From Nemertoderma westbladi (taxonomy: Eukaryota; Animalia; Xenacoelomorpha), in assembly GCA_032718475.1 (NCBI GenBank), contig JAUCBJ010000013.1, positions 20,428-84,427 of the forward strand: 64,000 nt of DNA, given 5' to 3'. The position numbers were made by a program, and so were the translations under genes. The notes under the pieces are model-generated. The model searched no databases, was not told the DNA's origin, and saw nothing but the letters and a program-made list of their open reading frames with translations. Below, one piece after another: positions 1 to 11,300 of this stretch; positions within the stretch are counted from its first letter, which is position 1, and each line of letters begins with the position of its first letter.

Positions 1-1374
1 GGTGAACAAACTCAGGGACAGGATGGCCAGCTAAAGATCGGGCCGCAGCAATGAACGGGAACATCACGGGAATGTAGACGAGAGACAACCCGCAATACCA
101 TCTAGTGTTATTCGCCCATCGCCTGAAAGGTTAGACAGCGTTCGATCCTTGCTACCTAAGTATAAGACCAAAAGATCAAAAGGTAGACGTAGTGACACGC
201 TGTAAGCCCAAAATTACATCATAGGGACTGTACTGTCTTGATTCAGGGAAAACCGCAGTAGACCTTCATATTCCTACGGGGGGGGAGGGAGAGAGAGCAG
301 ATACTAGTACGCAGATAGGACGTAGGCACACCGGTACAAGGCATACACATTGGTTAGGGTGCAGCAAACTGTACGCTTAACTCTTGCTAAGTACAGGTGT
401 GTGTGCGACTATTTGCCGTACAACGGTGTCCGTTACATCAAAACTTGTAGGCTAGGGGGGTTGCTGTGTTTTCACCTGAATGGGGATTGTACCGTTCAGG
501 CGGTAGGGCAGTTTACGCTAGGCGCAAATAAATTGAGGCTATCAGGGATATACTAACATCTACCGTGTCCCCGCCAACGCCCTAATAGGAAGTTACCCGG
601 ACTACCTGGGTGACTAAAATTCTAGATAGGAGCCAGGATAGCTATTAGTACCCGTACGCCTACAGTAGTAAACTAACACATCTCTTCTTAGTATCAGGGA
701 CCTGGTACCTAAAATTGCCGAATTCTGGGCGTAGTATTAACCTTATGCCTGAATTTGAGTCCTGGAAATACGCAAGAGGGGAAGGAACCTTATCATTCGT
801 GAGTATTGGACCTACAAGTTACAAAATTAGAATATTCGTAAAATGCACACTGCACCCAGTAATTATATATGTGAAGGAGCAAAACTGTTTTGACCGTTCA
901 GAATTAACACACGCGCGTTAGAAATTATTTACACCTCGAAATATATAAAATTAACTTTCGTCCTTACTGCACTTTGCTCGCTAGTTAGACATCTCTAAAT
1001 CTGCTCTGTACCTAGCTAGCGTCCCTTTGCCCAACCATATAAATCACACCGCGGCAAAGTATACGAGCCCCTTAGTCCGTCAGTGAGTCAGCCTGATTTT
1101 AGGATTCGCTGCGCGGGATTTTGTTTTATCGAAGTTTGTCTGCTCGTAGACTGTTTTCTGCCTCACCGGTTAAAAGAGATCGATACTGCAATATATTCGC
1201 TACTTGGGGTTTACTGTTTTGGTGAGAAGGTCGGATTTATGATTTGATTTACAAACTTTACAGTAGGATATTGCAGGTATTGTTACCGTCTCTTCCGATA
1301 GTAGGAATAGGCGTATCTCTCCAATTTAATATAGAATATAATATATTGTACAATATATATTGTACTATTTATAG

Positions 1375-1552
1375 ATTGTGGATCACTGCCCTCGGCCATC
1401 GCCTATAGACGGCGGTTGGTCTGACTGGTCCGACTGGACTGTCTGTGACTACACTGACAGCGGGTCTCGGTGCGTCTGTCGTCAGAGACTCTGTGATTCA
1501 CCGTCTCCTAGCAACGGTGGCGTGCCTTGTTACGGTCTAACGATAGCCGTCT
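1375..1552 (+). CDS. Sema5: Semaphorin-5-like gene, exon: end of PSI linker plus first TSP1 repeat (upstream exons lie outside the window)
   Basis: tatag|ATT...GTC T|gttagt. Translates IVDHCPRPSPIDGGWSDWSDWTVCDYTDSGSRCVCRQRLCDSPSPSNGGVPCYG, matching the atypical first Sema5 TSP1 (C-x-C-R-x-R-x-CDSP-x-P). Not in the ORF track. Confidence 0.85.
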
Positions 1553-1957
1553 GTTAGTAAATATAAATTATTTAGTCCAACGTTGAAAATAGTAATTCTA
1601 TTTACATTTTGTAAAAACAACAACAAATACATCTATAAGATCGTAACAAAATATGGGGGAGGGGGTGGTAAGGCATACATTTGGTATTTTCTTTCGATTT
1701 TGGGGGAATATTTCACATATGTATCGTATTTTTGTATCGTATTGGCGCCTTGTTTAAAGTTCTTAGAATGGCGCGATATAAATATATTGTTATTATTATA
1801 ATTTTTTCGCATAAAAGATGGTTTCTGTCAGAAAATATTTGTTTTATCCCGAAAAATTAGTTTTAGCGGGAAAAATTAGTTGAAGTTAAGTTTTTATGTT
1901 AAAAAAAATTACAGACTGAAGAAATTTTTGTAAGAGGCAAGTTTATATTATGCACAT

Positions 1958-3185
1958 TTGATTGATTCTGTTACCGCGCATTATTGGTGCCTCCGTAAAC
2001 AATACAAATCTCTGATAACTAATAAACGTATTTCTTATGAAAATTTAGAACTTTTAAATCGGTCCATCTTCGAACACGGATTCAAGCCGTCAGTAGCTCC
2101 TATAGATGCTGCTGTGCTTGAGGATCACTTTACGTCGCTCCTTGGAACCCCCAACGACCCTGCCGATGCTCCGCCCCCACCTGAAACAACGGAGTCGGAG
2201 CTGAACTCCGATGAATGGTTCAACCGCCAGTTCACAATGAAATATACGAGACTATCTCCAACCTTCCGAACAATAAAGCTTGTGGTCAGGATGGTATTTT
2301 CTACGACCATATAAAACAAGCAGCCCCGTTTATTTTATCAATAATACCTCTTCTTTATAACGTTAGCCTTGAATCTAGTAATCTTCCATCTATCTGGAAG
2401 CAAAGTGTAATTAATATACTCTACAAGGGTAAAGGTACAATTACAAATCCGGACAATTACCGCGGGATTGCTCTCCTTTGCGTTCTACTTAAAATCCTGA
2501 CGTCAACGATAAACAAAAGAATTCGCCGTGCTTTGTCTGGTTTCATTCCGATAGAACAGTTTGGTTTTACTGCGGGAAGATCCACTAAACAAGCAATATC
2601 TCAGCTTCTTCGCGATATTTCGGCGGCATTTTCTTCAACGACGAGAGAAAATAGAACAACATACGCATTATTTGTAGATTTTAGAAAGGCCTTCGACCTC
2701 CTTAGCAGAAAGGTTTTACTTAATAAGTTGTATAATTCTGGTGTTCGTGGAAAAACATACAATCTCATCAAGGACTTATTGTGCAATTATTTTCGTGTCA
2801 ACGACGGCCTGCGATTCTCGAATTTTATTAGACAGCTCGCAGGCGTTTTATAGGGAGACTTAGACTGTCTCAGTCCCACCTGCTTCATTATATTTATCGC
2901 AGATCTCGCAGTTGCTCTTAGGAATGCGGCTTATCTGCTAAAGTTCATATTCTATGCCGATGAATTAGTTATTTATTCTAGAAACAAAAAGGATATCCAA
3001 TCAGCTCTCGATGTCATATTCGCTTGGTGCAACTCAAATGGAATGGAAGTGAATCTACTGAAAACTAAGATCGTGAAGTTCCGTAAAGGTGGACGCTTTA
3101 GTAAGGACGACACTTTTATATATGGAAATAATAATGTTAAATTGGTGAACAACTATGAATATCTTGGAATAACACTTCAGCTTTC
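1958..3185 (+). pseudogene. Degenerate non-LTR retrotransposon (LINE) reverse-transcriptase fragment
   Basis: Motifs NKACGQDGI, YKGKG..NPDNYRGIALL, QFGF, FVDFRKAFD, GVL*G, YADEL, KTKIVKF, YEYLGI. Frameshifts and an in-frame stop at about 2851. Confidence 0.9.
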
Positions 3186-3462
3186 CACACACCGCAGCTC
3201 GCCGATTATAGAAGTAAACAACATAAAATGACACTATATTTCGGGTCATGGTGTATATTATGCATAATTGGCTGTATATATATATATATATTACATAAGC
3301 TCGTAATTAAACATTGCAAGTATATAGATTAAATGTTAAAGTTGTCAATTAAATTTGTTTTAATGACATTTTTCTTTTTGTTCAATTTTTTATTTTTTAA
3401 GGAACTATGTACACACCCAGTGGGGGTAAATTGAATTTATTTATCTTATATACAATGTATTA

Positions 3463-4393
3463 CACCATGACCCGTAATATAGTGTCATTTTCTAATGACA
3501 CGGACACCCCCCAAAATTTTTCTACACATCTTTATCATATTGCTTGAAATTTGAAACACAACTAGTTCAACTCACCGTGGTTGTTACCATGAAGCCGGAA
3601 TTTACGATTTTGCCTTTACATTTTTTTATAAGTGTTTTAAAAAAGTGTCTTTGCGAAATTGCACATCTCCTATCATCGCCATTCTTCACATTAACCTCGC
3701 TTTATAGATATTATTAAAAAGCTTGCGTTCCAAGGATTCCAATTATGTAACAATATATGAGAAATAGGCGTTAAATCTACAAATAGGCGGAGAAATAGGC
3801 GAGAAATAGGCTGAGATATAGGCGTTCAAAGATTGCAGGAACTTTTGCTCGCTGCAGGCCATTTTTTCTATTTAATTAATATACAAAATTCTAGAACGTG
3901 TTATTTATTTTATGAGTTGGTAGGCAACAGCGGAATGGCTATACAATATTGCGTAGCTAATCATAAATAAACAAATTGTTCCAGAACATTGCGTATTTAT
4001 TAAATAGAATAAATGGCAGGCATAGAACAATTCTTGCAATCTTTTAACGCCTATATCTCAGTTGTTTCTCAACGAAATAAATATATTGTTACATATTTGG
4101 AATCCTTGCAAGGCAAGCTTTTTAATAATATCTATAAAGCGAGGTTAATGTGTAGAATGGCGATGATAGGAGATGTGCGATTTCGCAAAAGACACTTTTT
4201 TAAAACGCTTTTAAAAAGAATGTAAAGGCAAAATCGAAACTTCCGGCTTCATGGTAACAACGACCGTTAGTGGAACTAGTTGTGTATCAAATTTCAAGCA
4301 ATATGATAAAGGTGTGTATAAAAAATTGGTGGGGGGGGGGGGGGGGGGGTGTCCGTGTCATCAGAAAATGACACTATATTTCGGGTCATGGTG
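3463..4393. mobile_element. Fold-back MITE (Tc1/mariner-like, TA target duplication)
   Basis: ta|caccatgacccgtaatatagtgtcattttct ... agaaaatgacactatatttcgggtcatggtg|ta. Arms are imperfectly complementary over most of the element. Related ends at about 3226-3255, 13562-13805 and 22548-22704. Confidence 0.8.
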
Positions 4394-4488
4394 TATAACA
4401 ATAATTTGTATAATATTATGTTTTCTGCAAACTTTTTTAGCGTACATAACGGTACCAACTACCAATTAACTGTGTTTATTTAGATTAT

Positions 4489-5693
4489 CTACTTTCTTCT
4501 TTTGGGGGATTTCCGCCTCTTTGGTGATTTTGGCCGTTTCATTTTTGGTCGTTTCGGTGATTTACTTTTTTTCGGTGACTTTGATCTTTTCGGTGACTTT
4601 TTCTTTTTTGGCGATTTTGATCTTTTTGGTGATTTTCTTTTTTTCGGTGATTTTGATCTTTTCGGTGACTTTGATCTTTTCGGTGACTTTTTCTTTTTTG
4701 GTGATTTTGATCTTTTAGGCGATTTTTTATTTTTTGGTGATTTTGATCTTTTAGGCGATTTTTTATTTTTTGTTGATTTTGATCTTTTTTTTTTATTTTC
4801 TTTCCCATGTTTTTTTGAACCACTTCTAGACTTGCTTTTCTTTTTATCTTTTTCTTTCTTATTTTTTTCCTTTAGGCCACGTTTCTTTGCATTTTTTTTA
4901 CGTGATCTTTCTTCTCTTTTTAACATTTTATCTCTGAGTCTCTGTTTACGATTTTCCTCTTGCTTTTTTCTCTCCTCTCTACTCTTTGCTCTCCTTTCCT
5001 TGTTCCTTTCTTTCCTTCTTTTCTTTTCTTCACTTTTTTCATCACCACCTCCCACACCTCCCTGATCAGGTTGTTGACCTCCCCCGCTGTAATCGCTTTC
5101 CTGATTAAAACCCCCATCAGGGTCATCATTCATCCTACCACCGTTATCATAACCTTCATCGTTACCTCCACCATAGCCACCGTTACTGCCACCGTTACCT
5201 CCACCATAGCCACCGTTACTGCCACCGTTACCTCCACCATAGCCACCGTTACTGCCACCGTTACCTCCACCATAGCCATCGTTACCACCACCATACCCTT
5301 CTCTATCCTGACTATCACCACCACGCATGGGGGGTTGATACTCAGCATCTTCTGAGTAATCAGTATAATCTGCACCACCCTCCTGATCAACCTCAGCCCC
5401 ATTGCTGTACCCACCCCCTCGCCTAGCTCTAGGCCATCGATACGAAGAACAAACACAAATCCTATCCGGGATGTAGAAGAGATACCCGTAGGCTCCCATC
5501 TCCCAATACGGGTTGTCTGACGCCGCTAAATTACTCGTTTGTAACCATCGCAACAACGTTGCTAGTAGTAACTCAATGAAAAATATGATCAATGCCATGA
5601 CTCCCCCGATGTCTATTACGCCTTCCCAGTCTGCCATCAACGTTTGTTTACAGCCCCTTTGGTTTATAGTTTGAACAGATCCACCACGTAGAC
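4489..5693 (-). CDS. Peripherin-2/ROM1-like tetraspanin, exon 2 (end of EC2 loop, TM4, long Gly-rich then Lys/Arg/SPKK-rich tail)
   Basis: Acceptor catag|GT at 5694/5693 (phase 1). Reads GLRGGSVQTINQRGCKQTLM...IIFFIELLLATLLRWLQTS...NP...GYL, like peripherin RGC...LRYLQTS. Open to the stop at 4489. Confidence 0.8.
4492..4790 (-). repeat. Coding 18-bp tandem repeat encoding 14 SPK(K/R/N) motifs
   Basis: KSPKRSKSPKKKKSPKR... in the ORF 4489-5640 translation. Confidence 0.9.
5160..5295 (-). repeat. Coding 33-bp tandem repeat (GGNGGSNGGYG)
   Basis: ccgttacctccaccatagccaccgttactgcca repeated three times plus partial units. Confidence 0.9.
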
Positions 5694-5984
5694 CTATGAT
5701 GACGCATTAGTGAGGCCTACGGGATAGCCAGAATTATTTTCACACTTATTTTTACGAGTTGCTAATATGATTTGCTCAATAGAACATGTTACAGTTCCCT
5801 TTTTACTAGTAATATGCTGCTGCATATTTCCCTCACCCTATATCTGTATTGCTTACATTTTGACAGTTTTACTGAAATAGTATCTCTTAAGTATTCTTTG
5901 CAGCAACTTGTTTCGGCTACGGTTCCGTATGCCACTACACTTTTTATACCTTAATCATTGTTACTATGGCAACAATGGTAATTA

Positions 5985-6518
5985 TAGAACACCATATAAA
6001 AGTTATTTAACTATTCTAGAACATAAATAAAATAATAAATATAATGTTGTAGAACATTATAGCTAGTTGTTTTTATTTTAAATTAGTTAGTAATTTTGAA
6101 AAAAATTCAGATGTTAAATTTTAACAATTTGTCGCCAATGTTTTAACATTTTTTTATAGTTTCAAAAAATACTAGCTAGTAAAAAAAACACTACCTACTA
6201 TAAAAAAACATGTCTACTAGTGTTCTAGAACACTTAACAATAATAAAAAGCGAAAATATTACCATATTTCTCAAATTTAATAAATGGTCACACAAGCGCT
6301 ATACCTATGTTAAAAATACACAAAGCTATCTTAACAATTATTAGCTACCTGAAATTGTAAAATTTATACCCTAACACTAAATTTAATAAATTTTTTTTAA
6401 TTTATTTTAAGTACTAGCTATTTTTAAATATAAAAATTACTAGCTATATGTTCTAGAACATTATATTTTATTGTATTTATGTTCTAGAATAGTTAAATAT
6501 CATTTATATGGTGTTCTA
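5985..6518. mobile_element. AT-rich fold-back/MITE-like palindrome in the tetraspanin intron
   Basis: tagaacaccatataaaagttatttaactattctagaacataaata... mirrored by ...tatttatgttctagaatagttaaatatcatttatatggtgttcta. Confidence 0.6.
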
Positions 6519-6748
6519 GAACTCTACATGTTTTCTACAAGTTGCATCGTGTGAGAGGAACCTAACTCCGCGATACATTTAATAGGAGGAATAAAAATTG
6601 ACTCACTCAAATTAAAGATAGGGAGTCTAAATTATTTAATAAGTATCACCTCAGATATTTTTCATAACCTTGAATTTTTTTATTTTTTCTAACACTTTAA
6701 TAAGATGTGTTGTAAAGTAATAGGTCACACAGGCCACACTAATGTCAC

Positions 6749-7493
6749 TTTTGGTTTCGCACGGTTGCAAAGTGACTTTGCGACAACAGCTAAACGGCAC
6801 ATCGTCCACTAAATATCTCCCGTCAAAACTTCTTCTTTCCTCCACTTCCCCCGCAGTTGTATCAATATACCTCGAATTAACCCACTGAACACCGAACCAA
6901 TCCTGGTAAGATTCACTCCCACAGCATTGCAACTCCAACTGAAGCACGTCAACTTGCTCTTTTACGTAAGTGCTGTTTGGGTACTGCTCCATAACTTTGG
7001 ATATCCCTCTAGAAAGCGAATTCATTATGTGAGATTCAAGTTGAAAACAAACTATTGAAGCTGCTATTATTATAACTCCAAGAATAATATGGGCTAAAGT
7101 AAATAAATAAAGCCAAACATTAGATGATAAACGCGTTTCTTCATCTTGACTACTGAAACAAGTTTTCGCTGTGAATATGCCCAATACGATTTGAGCTACT
7201 CCCGTTATTATAAACAATAAACTAAAAGTGACGTCACTGTAATCTTTTAGTAAATGTACATAACCTCCAATCCAAACTCGTATCGCTATCGCGAATACAA
7301 TCATAAGTTTCCCACTAAATATAGTCAGACAACTGAGGAACCAGGATATTCTCGCTAACACCTGTCTGCTTCCGCCACTCAGTTTCAGGGTCATCAATCG
7401 GTGTCCATCTCTAGGCAAACCGTTACGGTTCCTCGGAAATAATGCACTTTTTAGTCTCGAAAGTTTCGGGAGACTCAAATGGCTTCCTGTCAT
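6749..7493 (-). CDS. Peripherin-2/ROM1-like tetraspanin, exon 1 (TM1-3 and most of EC2)
   Basis: Three hydrophobic segments, then LQLELQCCGSESYQDWFGVQWVNSRY and DDVPFSCC, hallmark RDS/peripherin motifs. Donor placed at AAA A|gtgaca (phase 1, compatible with exon 2); the exact donor is uncertain. Confidence 0.85.
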
Positions 7494-7612
7494 TTTTTAA
7501 TATGTTTATTATGATTACGATATAATTTACTGTCAGCAAAAATTATTTATTAATAGAGTGACATAATGCCAGATATCTTTCCAGTAGGGAATTCGTATAA
7601 ATAAAGACTTGG

Positions 7613-8284
7613 GGGGTCGGTTTCTCAAAGCTCACTTATCTTAAATTGCCCACTTAAACCAAACTTTTTCTTACAAAGTCAAAACTTAAACGACAATTTA
7701 AAATTACACATTTAATAATAATAATGATTATTATTCTTTATTAACTGATCACGCAGTTGCAACAAGAAGGGGACAAAATTTCATATTTAAGGGAAGACTT
7801 AAGTAACACTGGGAGGTACTCTCTTAGGCCGCGATCACACTACCGAGTCAAAGTCAAAATGTAAAACATAATCACAAGAAATTTATTTTTTTCTAGAATC
7901 GCCTTATGTATTATATTAGGCCTATATAATGTATTATTATTTATTATTGCTAGCTAGCTATATTTTTATTTTGACTTTGACTCGGTAGTGTGAACGGGGC
8001 CTTATGTGTGGTCACTTAGGTATAATTTGCTCTGTACCGGTAATGTTTTGTTGAGAATAAAAAACATAACTGATAAGCCGATCTGATTTGGCCACTGATT
8101 TGGCCTAGGCCCATCTGACCAATTAAAGGATCTGGGTCACAGGTTTGGAATATTTCAGTTTTGGATATCTTTTAATGAGAAACAACACTTAACTTAAATT
8201 AAGTGGCCATTTAACAAGTGAGCATTTAAAATTATTAAGCCGCCACTTTAAGATATGTGGGCACTTGGTTTGAGAAACCGGGCC
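7613..8284. mobile_element. MITE with short TIRs (gg[t/c]cggtttctcaaa), possibly PIF/Harbinger-like
   Basis: gggtcggtttctcaaa at about 7614 and tttgagaaaccgggcc at about 8269. Contains a nested MITE. Confidence 0.55.
7827..8001. mobile_element. Small Tourist/Harbinger-like MITE, TTA target duplication
   Basis: tta|ggccgcgatcacactaccgagtcaaagtcaaaat ... attttgactttgactcggtagtgtgaacggggcc|tta. Confidence 0.8.
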
Positions 8285-8343
8285 AATGTGTCAGGATTTA
8301 TATATTATGGTTCAATTTAACTAGCAATTGTTTATCTAATATA

Positions 8344-11300
8344 CGAGAAAGGCATTTCCTAAAGGAAATGCAACCACGAAGCTAAGGAAAATTAAACAAA
8401 CGGCCACACTTTGGTTCGTTGCTTTAGCCTCGTTTAGTAGCAATTGTCAATAATTAACTTCTATTCCCATGGAAACTAGAGTTCTCTGGAACTGTTGCTT
8501 TAACCTTTGAAAAAAAATTCAGTACAGATTGTGGTTCAGATAACACATATACTGAGTTTCAGAAAATATTGTAGTTTATGTCCAAATTACCGATTGTCTA
8601 TCAAAATGCATCTGTTTGCAGTGGTTCTCCTGGAAACTGAAAAATAGAACAATGTAATTCGGATGCAGAATAAGTCACATAGTGGGGGTAGGGGTTAGTC
8701 CCAAGTCATAATACTATTAACTTGTGCTTCAAATTATCATTTTATAAATTTTAACATCTGTTTAGACTTGTTGCTATGGTAACTGTATTTTCTAATTAAC
8801 CTCAAACGGCTTGGATATGGATCTTATAGATGAGTTGCAAAACCCCAAGTTTATATATATTACAGTTTTTCTACAAATATAGTTATCAATATAGATTTGA
8901 ATGATATAGAGTTTAATAAACTACAGTTACCATGGTAACTAAATTTCTGGAATAATTTAAGTTTCACTAAAAGTTCCAACTAGTGGTCCAGATAACACAT
9001 ACCCAGTTTTGTAAAATTTTATCGTGAAGTCTATGTCCAAATGAATAAGTTTTGAATAAAAACATCTGTTTTCAGCGGTTGTCATGGTAACTGAAAAATA
9101 GAACAATGTAATTCGGATGCAGAATAAGTTATATAGTGGGGGTAGGGGTTGGTCCCAAGTCATAACACCTTGCCCTTAGGCCTCAAATTAACATTTTATA
9201 AATTTTAACATCTGTTTATCCCGGTTGCCAAGGTAACTGGATTTTCTATTTAGCCTCAATCGGATCTGCTATGGACCTTATAGTTGTGTTGCGAAACCCC
9301 AAGTTTATATCTATTATAGTTTTCCTACAAATAGAGTTCTAAATATTGACTTGAAATACATAGACTTTTTTTGAAGTCCGTTGCCATGGAAACCAGATTT
9401 TTCCTGGATATGAGACCCGGCCCAAAAGATGCGCCTCGTCGAGTAGTATATACATGCAAAATTTCATGGTACTTTTAAAGGCTAGTTTTTTCACCTATCA
9501 AAAAACCCCAAATCTGCCTCATACAAGTAAAATAGCCCACTATGAATAGACCATCTCAGCTAAGGAAAATCTTTCTTAGCGAAAGTAGTTGATTTTCCTT
9601 AGCTTCGTGGATATACCGAATTTCAGAAAATATTGTAGTTTACGAGAAAGGCATTTCCTAAAGGAAATGCAACCACGAAGCTAAGGAAAATTAAACAAAC
9701 GGCCATACTTTGGTTCGTTGCTTAGCCTCGTTAAGTAGCAATTGTCAATAATTATAATTAACTTCTATTCCCATGGAAACTAGAGTTCTCTGGAACTGTT
9801 GCTTTAACCTTTGAAAAAAAATTCAGTACAGATTGTGGTTCAGATAACACATATACTGAGTTTCAGAAAATATTGTAGTTTATGTCCAAATTACCGATTT
9901 TCTATCAAAATGCATCTGTTTGCAGTGGTTGTCATGGAAACTGAAAAATAGAACAATGTAATTCGGATGCAGAATAAGTCATATAGTGGGGGTAGGTGTT
10001 AGTCCCAAGTCATAATACTATTAACTTGTGCTTCAAATTATCATTTTATAAATTTTAACATCTGTTTAGACTTGTTGCTATGGTAACTGTATTTCGTAAT
10101 TAACCTCAAACGGCTTGGATATGGATCTTATAGATGAGTTGCAAAACCCCAAGTTTATATATATTACAGTTTTGCTACAAATAGAGTTATCAATATAGAT
10201 TTGAATGATATAGAGTTTAATAAACTACAGTTACCATGGTAACTAAATTTCTGGAATAATTTAAGTTTCACTAAAAGTTCCAACTAGTGGTCCAGATAAC
10301 ACATACCCAGTTTTGTAAAATTTTATCGTGAAGTCTATGTCCAAATGAATAAGTTTTGAATAAAAACATCTGTTTTCAGCGGTTGTCATGGTAACTGAAA
10401 AATAGAACAATGTAATTCAGATGCAGAATAAGTTATATAGTGGGGGTAGGGGTTGGTCCCAAGTCGTAACACCTTGCTCTTACGCCTCAAATTAACATTT
10501 TATAAATTTTAACATCTGTTTATCCCGGTTGCCAAGGTAACTGGATTTTCTATTTAGCCTCAATCGGATCTGCTATGGACCTTATAGTTGTGTTGCGAAA
10601 CCCCAAGTTTATATCTATTATAGTTTTCCTACAAATAGAGTTATAAATATTGACTTGAAATACATAGACTTTTTTTGAAGTCCGTTGCCATGGAAACCAG
10701 ATTTTTCCTGGATATGAGACCCGGCCCAAAAGATGCGCCTCGTCGAGTAGTATATACATGCAAAATTTCAGGGTACTTTTAAAGGCTAGTTTTTTCACCT
10801 ATCAAAAAAAAACAAATCTGCCTCACACAAGTAAAATAGCCCACTATGAATAGACCATCTCAGCTAAGGAAAATCTTTCTTAGCGAAAGTAGTTGATTTT
10901 CCTTAGCTTCGTGGATGTCCAAATTACAAATTACCGATTTTCTATGAAAATGCATCGGTTTGTTTGCAGTGGTTGTCAGGGAAACTGAAAAATAGAACAA
11001 TGTAATTCGGATGCAGAATAAGTCATATAGTGGGGGTAGGTGTTGGTCCCAAGTCATAATACTATTAACTTGTGCTTCAAATTACTAGAAAGGCATTTCC
11101 TAAAGGAAATGCAACCACGAAGCTAAGGAAAACTAAACAAACGGCCACACTTTGGTTCTTTGCTTAGCCTAGTCTAGTAGCATTTGCCAATAATTAGCTT
11201 CTATTTCCATGGAAACTAGAGTTCTCTGGAACTGTTGGTTCATCCTTTGAAAATAGATTCAGTCCAGATTGTGGTTCAGATAACACATATACCGAGTTTC

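Noticed and set aside
1-1320. Less AT-rich intronic stretch that looks like a retroelement interior
   Set aside because: No recognisable ORF or termini within the window.
4502-5456. Phe/Asp-rich and Thr/Val-rich ORFs overlapping the tetraspanin tail
   Set aside because: Antisense or alternative-frame shadows of the coding repeats.
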